From the NCBI GenBank assembly GCA_964036045.1, contig OZ038378.1, forward strand, positions 180,730,001-180,794,000: a stretch of 64,000 nt of DNA. The letters run 5' to 3'. Position numbers and translations under genes: made by a program. The notes below the pieces were generated by a model. That model did not search any database. It was not told where the DNA came from and was given only the letters and a program-made list of their open reading frames with translations. Numbering within the stretch: position 1 is the stretch's first letter; each line of letters starts with the position of its first letter. Below are positions 27,165 through 39,500 of the stretch, piece by piece. The stretch comes from Eutreptiella sp. 'Long Island Sound 2002'. Lineage: Eukaryota; Protista; Euglenida.

Positions 27165-27354
27165 CGTGTGTGTGTGTGTGTACATGTGCATGTGCATGTG
27201 CATGTGCATGTGCATGTGCATGTGCATGTGCATGTGCATGTGCCCGTGCGCGCGCGTGTGTGTGTGTATGCATGTGTGTGTGCGTGTGTGCATGTGTGTG
27301 TGTGTGTGTGTGCATGTGTGTGTGTGTGCATGTGTGTGTGTGTGTGTGTGTGCA

Positions 27355-27423
<69 letters not shown>

Positions 27424-27446
27424 ATGTGCATGTGCATGTGCATGTG

Positions 27447-27536
<90 letters not shown>

Positions 27537-30500
27537 GTCAGAGCCTGTCCTAAGTCTATCTTGGACAGATGTCCCCCAGTTTCCCAATGGACCTGAATGT
27601 GTCCCGTGCCTCCGACTGCACTTCTCCCCCTGTCCCTTGCAGGCCTCGGTACCGCGCTGCTGTGCACACACGATCGTATGGAAAGCCCCCCGCACGCCAT
27701 CACATCCCCTGAGGCCGGGCCCCATCCCGGGGGTTTCTGTCCCCCCCCCCCCCAGAGCGTTGCTTGAGCAGGGGGGGGAGGGGGGGCGGGGGTCCAGGGG
27801 AGGGAGGGAGGGAGGGGGTCCAGGGGGGAGCCCCCCCCCCACCCTGCCGAAATGAACCATATCCACCAGGAATTGCAAAAATGCACCACATTGACCCATT
27901 CAGCATATACATTTGTCTTAATGTCTGAACACAGGTAATCAAATCATCTTTTTGGGTCCATACATTGTGCCCTCACCTAAACACGTCCAGGCAACACAAA
28001 CAAAAAACACAGTGGAATGCTCATTGTTATCAAATTGTTTGCCGAAGATCAATCAGAGTTGGACTCACCTGAGCTGGACTCACCAACACCAATGTCATCC
28101 TCCTCTGAACTGGAAGAGGAACCAGAAGAATCTGAGTCGGGTGACGAGTCACCACCTTTTTGACACTGTCTAGCAATTTGTCCCAGGGGACTTCCAGCAC
28201 AGTGATTGGTGTTGTGGGAGTCGCTGGCTGCACAACTACTCGTTCCCTCCCTTCGTTTTTTGGGTTTCTCTGGGACCTCAGGTGCAGGACAGTGCAGATT
28301 TGTGGGGGCTGTGAAAGACAAAAAATACGCATGTTGCAACAGAGCCTGTGTTCATGGCATCTGTGCTGCCCAGCGTGCGCACATGACAGATTGCATGAGC
28401 AAAAACTCATGCGGCAGGCAGCGCACCTCGCAGTCTTGGCGTGCCATTACGGCTGCTTGTGTTATAAACTCATGCAGAGTTGCCATTGAAGTGTTCAAAA
28501 ACAGTGTGGAACATGCTTTCTGTGCCACATTATACGCCTCTTGCCTTTTCTTCCCAGTCCATCTATCTTGGAAACGAAAATAGAGGATCGTGTTTACAAC
28601 GTCGTCGCGTTTTACGCGGGGACACGGTTGGACCGAGGTGCTGAAGAACGCACTTATGGGACGCTGGGACATGGTGTCTGCAACAGAGGGAAGAGAGGTT
28701 GCAGTGGAGTGACCAAAGAACCCTACTATAAGTGCGCCAAAGGCGCGGGAGGAAAAAATTGGCCCAAACGAAAAAACATTCCCAAAACCCTGATCCTCAG
28801 GTGAATTAGAGTGAAGGGGGGAGGGGGGGAGGGGGTCCAGGGGAGGGAGGGAGGGGGTCCAAGGGGGAGCCCCCCCCCCCCCCCTGCCAGAATGAAAATT
28901 AAAGCAACGCCCTTACCACCCCCTCCCTGGTCCCCGTGCCGGTGCGTACAAGCGTGTCCACATACACAACGCGCGGTGGAGGCATCGGCCCCTTTGGGAC
29001 ACAGACCCGTAATGCAGGAAACGGCCCTGTCATGCACGGCCCCCGAATGGGGGACAGCCAATTTGCGGATCGGCCGACGTCAACGACTGAGCGGAGCCCC
29101 CTCGCCCGGGGGATTGTGTGTCGCGGAGGACACAGGCCTATTCAGGTCCTGGATGCTAATGCCAAGGGGAAGGGAGAGGGTTTGCAGGTTAGAGCCTGCC
29201 TGCAGCCGGCACTAGCCCACCCCACCCCCGCCCCACGCGGTATAGCGCGGCGCGACGGAAGGACCGAGGCCGCCGCCTCACACGGGATCTTCGGAGGAGC
29301 GCCCATGCCCAGATTGCGGGCTGCGGGCCTCTGCGCCGTCACCGGAAGGCACAGCTGCTGCCGAGGCGCCCCCTTGTGGCTGCACCCGCAGAGTGGAGCC
29401 CCGCTCCAAGAGGCCACCACCCCGGGCCGGCTGTGCAGCCGCACCCGGCGCCGCGGGCCGTGCCGCGTGCGCCCCATGCCGCCGTGCTGTGCCCCGCACA
29501 GGCAGAGCAGGCTGGTGCGTCGTGTAGTCCGCACCTGCGCAGCGTGGGGCACCGCTGCCAGGCTGTACCCCTCGGTGTTTGTGGCGCAGAGGACACAAGT
29601 GCCCCGTCTGGGAGCCGGCCTCCGCACATCCCTCCCCGAACCCGCAAACGCCTGCCCCAACAATCCTCCTGACCAGGCACATGCCATTGGGATCGAGACA
29701 TACCGCCCGGTTCTCTGGCAAATCCATCACAAACTCCATCGTGCTCTGGCCGGGGACGTACTGCGCGTCGTAGAACTGTACCGTGAGGGTATCAGTGGGC
29801 GCCTGAAGGCCATCGACCATGCGGCTGCCCAAGCCAGTGCTGCCCGCCGGCCGCGCATTTGCCTGGTGACTGGAGGGGCACCTGCGGAGGCCGCGAGAAG
29901 GGCCCGCAGGCACACCCTTCGCGCCGAGGCCCAGGCACAGGTAATGCTGCAGGCCCGGCAGGAGCGGATCCGCGTTCTCTTGGAGCGGGTGTAAGAGTTG
30001 CAGTCGCTGTGGCTGGGAGCAAGGGGGGGCCCAGCGGGAAGGGTCCACCAGGTACGCACTGATCAGGCCCTGCAGTGGCAAGTGTGAACGGGCGGGCGCG
30101 TGGGGGGGGGGGGGGGTGCATGGGGGTGTGCTTGCAAGGCTTCTCCCAGGGAAGTATTAGAACAGGGGGCAGGGGTGGGTCTGGGACCCAAAAGTCTGTG
30201 TATGAAAAATGGACCGACAAGATTTTCCACACGGCAAATTTCGTTTTCTCCCGCTGGTCAGAAGGAGAGGCCAGGGAAGTAGTACAATGGCCGTACACCG
30301 TGGGAGGAGGGGGGGTACCCCTCCGGACCCCTGCCACCCCTCCAGCCATGCCGGCCATGCAATGCGTGGTTCCTTTATCCGACATTGATTGCTGACGTCT
30401 GACTGACAGCTAGTGACTGTGATTGTCTGACTAACTGTAGTCAGACATGATGTTCTGCTTTCTGTTTCAGACACAGTGTGTGTTTTGAGGTTTAACCAGG

Positions 30501-33500
30501 TTTGGCACAGAGAATACAGATGCAGTTATGCCTGACTGTGGAGTGCATTGCCTCTGGTTTGCATTTGTCTGTTTTTTAATTACGTCCCCCCCTCCCCCCT
30601 CCAGACCAAAGTCCTTCTCATGAAGGATCGCGCCCCCAGCACGGGCGCCCAGCGCGGACGGTGTGAATCGTCGGGTTGAAATTCAGCGATGGCTGGCACT
30701 GGCCTGGCCGAGGGCTGGGGCTCGGGGGGCGTTCAACCCACTGCACCAGCGCGCACGGAGGGGGGCGGCTCCGGCGAGGGGGGCACTAGTCCGCCCCTTC
30801 CCCCGCGCCGTGCACCACACCGTGACCACACAGGGAACGAGAATGAGCCAGGATGGGATGCCCTCCCTGCGGACGCTCCTGAAACGGCCCAGGGCAAAGC
30901 TCCGGTAGTTGCCCTGCGTTGTCGGAGATATCTACCTTTTGGGAGGGGGGGGTGCAATAATTTTCCTGCCCCTGTGCGACCAGCCCAGAGGGTGGATGAC
31001 TTCATGGGATGGCGGTTCCGTCCTTCTGTCAGGAGTCGTCCGAGGAATGCAGGGATATGGCACGGGTTCTGCTGCTCTGGGGGCCCCAGTATGGCAGAGA
31101 TTATGGAGCCAAAAGTCTCCTCTCCAGTTTGGTGACCGACATCCCCGAACGGCAGGGGGTTGTGGAGGCCGCTTGATGCTTTATATTTCAGTTGAGATAT
31201 GACACCCCACCACAGGAGAGTGGTGAAGATTGCTTGAGTCAAGGTGGGTGCCAATCTTGGCTGACTCCATAAGTCAGATCTCAGGTCCAAGATTTCAAAT
31301 TTTCAATTTGCCTACTCAAAACTTCAGTATCCAGACTTCAGTCTTTAACAGAAACAACAGTCCGCCCAAATTGTTCATTATTGATTGTGGGTTTCTGTGC
31401 AGCCCCCATGGGCTTCTGTCTGCTGTTGTCTGCACAGGCCAGACCCCACATGGGGTGGCAGTGGCAGCAGCAGCGACAGTGAACCCCTCCGGAAGGGGTG
31501 CAGTTCCATCGGTGAAGGTGAGTTCTCAGCGGGACTGATCACTGCTGCCACATCTCAGCCACGAGTGGCATCCACTCCCCTGCCCGCACCGGCAGAGTTC
31601 ACATTCAGTCTGACCGAGACCGGGATGTTCGGGTTGGATTTGGTCGGTTGGGGGGGGCGCGGGGGGGGCAGGGGTGCAGCGGTCAGCTCATGGGCCCAGG
31701 CACAAGTGGTGGGCTGCCCAGCCGCCGAGACTCCGCAGAATACCTGCAAGTCTTTGGTGGTCTGGGCACCGACAGCCATGTGCCCGGAGGAGGCGACGAT
31801 GACGGCCTCCTGGATCTCGGGCAGGTGCTGGGGGTCGGACGTCACGTCCCACTGTCCGGATCGATTCCTGCAAAACGTGTGTCGGGCTTCGTTCGGAGCA
31901 CTTGACTGCGATCCCCCTGCGCAACCCACCGTCGATGGACGGGCGCCTGCTGGTCCCATGCCGACCATTGACAAGGGTTGTGCCCCCCTGTGTGACATTC
32001 CGTCTCTTTACGGGGCCCTGGACAGTCACCTGTTCTTCCCTTCGCACGTTGCGTCGGGTCGCTGCTTTCGGTCGGCCGCTGCGGCCGGTGCTCTTGCTGG
32101 TGTCGTTTCCGCGTTCGCGGAGCCCAGTGGTTGGTGTGCTGGGGCTGTGCTGGATGTGGCATGGTGTGCCGTTTGCGCGTTAGCGGCGCCCAATAGTTGG
32201 CGTACTGGGGTTGTGCTGGTTGTTGCGGGGGTCGTTTGACTATTTTTGCTGTCCACACACCTCGGTCCACAGGCCGTCCACAACCTGCCTCGCTGTGTTT
32301 CCGTGTGCGTGAGGCCCAGGTGCCCTGCTCCTCCACGCGTTGTCCCGGCCGTCCACCACATACGCTCTCCCACTCCGTGGGTCGCGCGTGCGCAGGGCGC
32401 GTTCCTTGTTGGTTGCGGGTAGCATGCGCTTCATGGTTGACGCGGGTGGCGTGCGCGCCTGCATCGTGTCCCAGGTGCTCTACAGTACACTGTGACCGCG
32501 CCGTCGTCCTTGGTTCTGCCCATCCCGGTTTTGTCGGGGGTACTTTCCCTTGCCTGGCCCACCACTACCCCCCTCTTGCGAGAGCAACACTAAAATCTCA
32601 CAATTTGAGGGAAACAACACTGACCGTTGCTCTGACAAGGGGGCGTATTTATAAAAGACGCAGTAGGACATGATTCCCAACGTTGCGGAAACAACACTTA
32701 CTGTCACCCTAACAAGAGCGTTGCTCTCGCAAGGGGCGGGGGGGGGGGGCTCAGCGGACAGCTAAGTTGTCGACAAAAGTCGTGGGATCGGCCTACTACT
32801 GCAGACCGGGCAGGTTGTGCGTTGATTCATTGACTTGCAACAACGCACACTGGGCCCCATGCGCGGTCTGGGCCAGGCACACAACAGCAGAGAGGGGCCA
32901 TATGCTACACACCCAAGCCCTGTACATTTACACACACTGCGCGCCTAATCGATGGGCGCACACGTTGACGCCTCGTTTACGCGTAACCGAGTGTAAACGT
33001 AAATCTCGGACCTCTCCGGAGGGAAGGGGCGGAGGCCTCTATCGGGGAGAGGCCAGGGATGCCACTGGCGGAATGCAGGAGGCTTCTGAGCAGGCATGTA
33101 AACCCGGGCAACCAGAGCGTACCGGTAGTGGGACGGACTTGGAGTACCCTCGGGAGAGGGCAGGCGGTAGTGGTGCCCCCCCCCCCCCCCCCCCCCCCTG
33201 TGTGACATTCCGTCTGGTTGCGGTTTCTTTACGGGGCCCTGGACAGTCACCGCCCCCTACACCACCATCACCACCACCACCCCTCGACATGATGTACGCG
33301 TACGTAATGTATCGCAAGCGCTCACACAACCTCTGCCGCATCCGGATCTCTGGACCGCAGAGACCATTGGCCATAGAGCCCCGGCTATGAGGGTCCCGGG
33401 GCCCCAGAGAAGGCATTGCAAAGCAACAAGTGCCCTGCGAAGGATACGGTCGTACCCACCTGCTCCACGCAGTCCAGCGCCACGGCGGTGCAACCCCCCC

Positions 33501-36500
33501 AGGCTGACCCCCCACACCCAACTTCCCACCCTGAAACGGCCCCAGCCCCGGGTATTGCGTGGGCAGTCTGTCCCAAATTCACTCTACACGGCCTGCCACA
33601 GGCAAATGCCCCGACGGCCAGCGCTTGGCAATCATCAGCAGCCACAGCACTGCGCCCAACAAGTGGAACAACAACGGTCAGGGTCTATCTTGCAGCCCCA
33701 CACCCCCCCAATACGGGACATACCGGTAACGAAATATGGGCCGGAGGCAGCAGCGCAGGCCCTTGACGCCGAAGCGGGAAGTGTGAGTCTTGGCGTGCAG
33801 GTCCAGACGCCACGCCTGGTCCTTGACCTGGAGGCTGTCACTGCCCCGTCGGACAGCGTTCTGGATCTGACGGCAGGAAATCGGGTGACAAACGATGCAA
33901 CAAATACCAGTCGTTGCTTCGGCGGATTTGGGGGAGGAAGGTATAGTTATATCCGGCCGTTTTCGTGGGGGACGGGGGCCGGGGGGGGGGGGGGCTAATC
34001 CATCCACAACCCGGGTTTACCATTTTTTTGGGACTGGGGCGGGAAAATATCGTCCCGGAGGCAGGGGTATGTTACACTAGTCTGACATTGGCATGAAAGG
34101 GGCTTTCTCATGCAATTTGAGTCAGGGTCCGTGTCACCGATATGTTGAATTCTCGGTTGCCACACGGTCCGGTCGGCCGTGGCCTCGGCTGATGACCACA
34201 CCCTTGACCTTGTGGTAGTTGGAACACCTGCTGCTGCATGGGCTTCCGTTGGGTGATATTTGGGGAGTAGCATCAAACATGTACAAAGGGGCAGATGTGG
34301 GCGTCGGCCGTAGCCTGACGCCGCCTGATAAGATGGTGCCAGCAGCAGATTGTCGTTGCGACAGGTGCAACGGAGGCTGCCATGCAGTCAGGCAACAATG
34401 CCAATGAAGCTGCCACACACTCATACACCACTGCCACGCAGGCTCCGTTGCGGTCCGTCGCTGCCAAGGCGCCTTTCGAGGCGATCGGGGAGTCACTTGC
34501 CACCAACACGCCCCTCCCCCCCACTTTCAGGGGGGGGAATCCATGTTTCAAGGTTTCAGAACCCACCTTGGCCTCCTTTCCTATAAATCTTGAAAACGAG
34601 GGCCAGAAGCGGCCGAAAAACAGGTTCCGGCGCACTGCCCAAGTTGCTGCCTAGAGGGGCAGGTTTTCACCTTGTCGCTCATGCCCCAACATGTCGTCAC
34701 TTCAGCCAAAGTGAAAACAGTCAGCATTGTGCATTTTGACGTGGAGAATCGAAATCTACAAGTGCTAACCCTCAATGAAACGATATACTTGAGACATCGC
34801 CCAACAAGTGTCCTGGTCTTCAAACCATCTCCCAAACAAAGCCAGATGCAGCCCATGGACGAACCACCCCAGGGGGGCGTTGACGCGCCACCCAGCCCTT
34901 GACAAGCTGAAGCTGAGCCCCAGTCCCAACATGGGCACTGTTGACCCTGTTTGACGCACAGAAGGTCCTTGAACAGGGGGTCTAGTGATTGTGTAAGAGA
35001 CCACCGAAGCCGAAACCAGGCAACAGCAGCGCAGCGGAATGTCCGTCCACACGCATCTGTCAGAACATGACTCGAGGAAAAGCAATGCGCGGACACACGG
35101 CGCATTGCTCGTGGCCTGTAGCCTGATCAGGGGAGCTCGCCCGTAGGTCTGTGAACACGCATGCACAGGCATGACCAATGCACCCGCGTGTGATCTCCGA
35201 GCGCCTCTGTACTCACGGCGGGTGAATGGGGACGGCCGTTGCTGACGACCAGGAGGAGGAGGAGGAGGAGGAGGACCTGCGACCCAGCCCTTGCTGGCCG
35301 CACGACTAGCACCGCGAGAAACACGCCAATGCTAGCTGGTTCCCGTTAGCTCCGCCTCGCTGAGATGCAGTGGGTCTTTCGCGGTGCATGCAGGAATGTG
35401 CCCTAGGACCTTTCGGCTCACATTCCCCCGCTCACCCTATCCGTGGGTACCCCAACCGAAGCCTGACAGGTGGTAGCCAAGTGGGACAATATGCTCAGCA
35501 CATACGGTCCTAGCATCAGCATGATCACCCCGGAATCCAGTTGGCAGTGTGTCCCACAGATTGCTTTCATTGCTTAGCTTGCGTAAGGTGATGCTAGTTA
35601 CAATGGTCTAGTGGTTTCTCTCTTGGAGTCTGACAATAGCACAGTTCTTGCCAAGGGCACGCGAGCAAACAAAGGCATTCATGACAAATTCACCAAGGCT
35701 CTTCAACCCACTTGTCCATACTGGGTTGAAACTTCAGTCTATAATCTTGTGTGCTCATCTTGTGAGGTAATCCTAGTAAAGCGAACAGCTGTTGAAATGC
35801 CGCCAATAGGGCACGCAATCGTTTGACGGAATATACTTGTTCTTGTACCACTAAACAAGTGATCATGCGCTGATTCTCTGGATATCCAAACGTCATGCTC
35901 CAAAATATGGTACCCTGAAGGTTCGTGCCTATAACAGGCTTTTCAACCGAATCAATAAGCCATACAGTGGGAACATTGTGTTGTAGCTTGCGCATGTCCC
36001 GCATATCTGTGACAAACCAGTATGTGACTGGTGTGAGCGAGTGCGCCATCAAGCGCATCTTGGGCAAATACACATGAAAATGCATGCGATTTCTTAAGAG
36101 GAACAGCAAAGGCGCATGTGGCCACACTACCCACACTTCAGGGTATGATGCCCATGAGTGCTTTGGTACTCTGTGCTGGTGCGCGAGTACGAAATGTGTC
36201 ATGGGTGCCCCATTGAGGGCTGCAAAATCTTGGGTTTGTAACATGAGAGGCAAGGACGTTGCCTCTCGTAATAACTGCAGAGTGGTAAGTATAAAACCCA
36301 ACAAACGTTGCTGTTTGGATTCGTTCACTCCCAGCTTTTCCATAGCATGTGTAGTGTCTGTTGTTGCTCCACCGTCTGGATTGATGCACAAAGAGATGTG
36401 ATCGACCTGTGCTCCTGGATAATACACACAATGCAACAAAATGGTTGCTGCTCCCCTTTGTACCCAAACTCCCCAAGGGGTAGGAATGCAATGTTTCCAG

Positions 36501-39500
36501 GATGGGATGACATCGGGTATCATGACTGCCAATTTGGAATAAACCAAATACAGTATTACATCTCTGTATGGGCATTCCTCACATATGTGCATGGAGGTAT
36601 TCTGCATTCCACACCAGATGCATTGTGCAGGAGTTGGTTGCCAGATGCCCTGTCTGCATGCCACAGTATGTAGATGTGTGTTCCATTGAATGTGCCCATT
36701 CATGAGGGCATTAGCATACAAATCATACGCTGGCTGTGGGGTACAGTACTCTACATCATGAGACTTACAATACAGCTCGGTCAGCTTGGTGTGCACATAC
36801 TTGTCCCAATTATGAAACTGCTGACCTTTACAAGAAAACGTGATCTGTGGTTCTTGTAATTCGGAAATCCATCCTATGCTTGGCACTTGTGACAGCGCCG
36901 TTTCTTTGGCACAGCTATCTACACTGTCTAGAATGATATCCAACAGTGTACCCTTTCGATGGGAGTAAATATGCACTGGAACTTGATAGTCTTGAGACAG
37001 TTGTTTACATGCCTGAAGTAAATCTCTCAAAATGGGTACAGTTTGCTCTGTATCTGACTGTAGGGCTGTAACATATGACTTAGAATCTGTATATGTATCC
37101 GATTTGGTATACCACACTCCATCTTGAGTTCCCAGCTTCTTTCTCACCAGGAGTGTTACCCAGGCCACATACATCTCTATGGCAAAAGAGTGGTCTAGGC
37201 TGATAGGACAATGTATCGGGTATACTGTGTATTCCATCGTGTCATAATCACAAATGGCAAGAGCACCTCCTACCCTGCCATCTGATAATCTGGAACCGTC
37301 TGTGACAAAGAATGGGCGTTTGGGCAAAAACTTGATGTCTGGCAAAATGGCTGGACACGGAACTGAGGGCAACAGATCCACATTCGGTAAACAGAACATC
37401 CAATCCGGGATGGGCCAGCCAGCTTTTCTAGCCGCTGGCAAATTTTTATATCCAGCCGTCATCCATTCATGCATATGCACAGCTTGCCAATCATGTGTGC
37501 ATTTATACATGTTGATTTGTTCATCGATCTGCTTGACATATGCTGGGACATGAATGCGAATGTTCATGTGATGGGTGTATTTGAGAAATCTGTCATAATC
37601 TGTGCTGTGTGAGGGACACATCTTTCCAAAGATATCTGGAACACATGGCATGCCTGGATGAAAATTCTGAGAGGCTCTCCATATACCATGAGTAACTGAT
37701 TTCCGGACCAAAGGGTTCAGATGTCCTGCCTGCCTCATGATGGTGATGACAAATGTGTGTAACATGGTGACTGTGGCTGGATATATACCAGTCCATCCAG
37801 ACTGTAATGATTGCATGAAGGAGGCTGAAGGAATTTGACCCCAATTCGCTACACTCCTAATGGCAGAAGCAGCTGCAAAATCACATAATCTCATGGTGGC
37901 ATGTGCTGGAGGCCTCACTCCTGCTATCCATCGTTGGGTACCTCCTGCACTTGCTGAGTACATAATCAAAGGGTAATTTGCTGGTAGCCTCTCATATCGA
38001 AGAGCAATACTTGCTCTTCTGCATGCTGATAACAACTTGATACAATCTTGTCGGTGGAAGATATGTGGCAAAACATGTCTTCCCAACAACCTGGCATATT
38101 CATTACCGTCTAATAACTGCAGAGTGCTCCCTCCTGCTCGAAAATCGTGGCTGTGGTATTGTACCTTTCCACCTATCATAGACGCTACTATACCCGTCAG
38201 TTTGATTACTGAAGTGTGCAAGTGTGTGTATAGCCCTGCTGTCATCTGTCTGTCTAACAATTGCTGCATATCTTTTGCGCATTCCAAAACAAAGGTTGTA
38301 TCATCCATATATGTGACTCTGAGAAATCTCCCTCCTGGACTGATAGGTATTGGAATCTGATGAGTGATAATGGCGATGCGCAATTCCAGGAGTAAACAGA
38401 AAATCAAAGCTGAAACAGGGCATCCCTGTGCAATACCTGCCCGAAATGTGGTGATGGCTAATTTCACTCCCTTTTTTCCGCCCATAAAAATTTTTGATTT
38501 GGTTGCTGCACCCATAATGATAGTGATCCATCGTTCATGAAACCCTGCGAGTCGTAAGATTTGTTCCAATGTGGGGTGCTGAACAGAACCAAAAGCATGA
38601 CGAATGTCATCTAACACAAGAAAAACTGTGAGATTTCTGTACCACCTGTCATTAACATGATCATGTATGACCCTCAATACATCATTGGCTGAAGATTTAC
38701 CCCATAAGGCAAATTGCGTTATGGTATATTACTGGTATGACTGGTATGCGTTATGGTATACCATGGGCGCCGTAGGCGCCGCCGGTGTAGGATCAGGAAC
38801 GGGCGGAGGCGCCGATGGCGGGGGTAGGACCACCGTAACAGGTTCCGCAGGCGTGGAGTACCAGTGGTCCCATGCATCGATCCTAGATGCAACGGCGGCG
38901 TAACGTGTAGCGAGCGACTCCACTGCGCTAAAGCACTTAGCCGTGTTGCCGTTGGACATCTTAAGATGATCTGCCACCCTAGCCTCCACCACCTTCGAAT
39001 CCCGGCGGTAGCCCTGAACCGCCACGTCAAATTTAGCCAATGTAGACAAGATTTGGGTCATCCGGTCCCCGTAGGACTGACTGATGCCCACGGTAGAGGC
39101 TACTGCCTGAAAAAGTTCTTGATGGGATCGCTGCAACTCTAGATTCTGAGTTCGCAGGTCCTTCACCTGTGCCATCAGAGATTGGATGCACGTTTCGTAG
39201 TGCAACACACATCGGGGACAGCCACAGGTGTGCTGTAGGTCTTCCTCCGCCCGTGTAGGAGTGGGGCCCCCAGAATGTCGAAAGGATGGACCCCCCCCTC
39301 CACGAGGAGGAGATGACCCACCACCGCCCCCCCCAGCAGCCCCCCCTGCCACGGAGGGACCAGAGGGCCCCCCCGCAGGGCGGGTGTGGGGTGCGCAGCA
39401 ACAGGTGCTGGCGCCCCCCCACTAGAGGGATGTCCCCCCCCCGAACCCCCACCACTGGATGGCCGAACCAGGTGCGGGATTCCTTGCACGTGCTCGATGT

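Noticed and set aside
24614-27899. Long ORFs of CV/HT/GF dipeptide repeats
   Set aside because: They are stop-free translations of (GT)n and (GGGTTT)n microsatellites inside an intron.
33280-33440. Alternative candidate exon after the WWE1 exon
   Set aside because: Several frames are possible and none is motif-like; the 31744-31867 exon fits both the phase and the WWE motif.
34160-34240. GC3-rich stretch (CSNYHKVKGVVISRGHG) as a possible exon
   Set aside because: Its phase is incompatible with the flanking phase-0 junction, and WWE is continuous without it.
35540-35560. ACACTGCCAA resembling a twister ribozyme segment, and GCTAACGGGA resembling the HDV J4/2 region
   Set aside because: The other required stems and conserved nucleotides could not be found.
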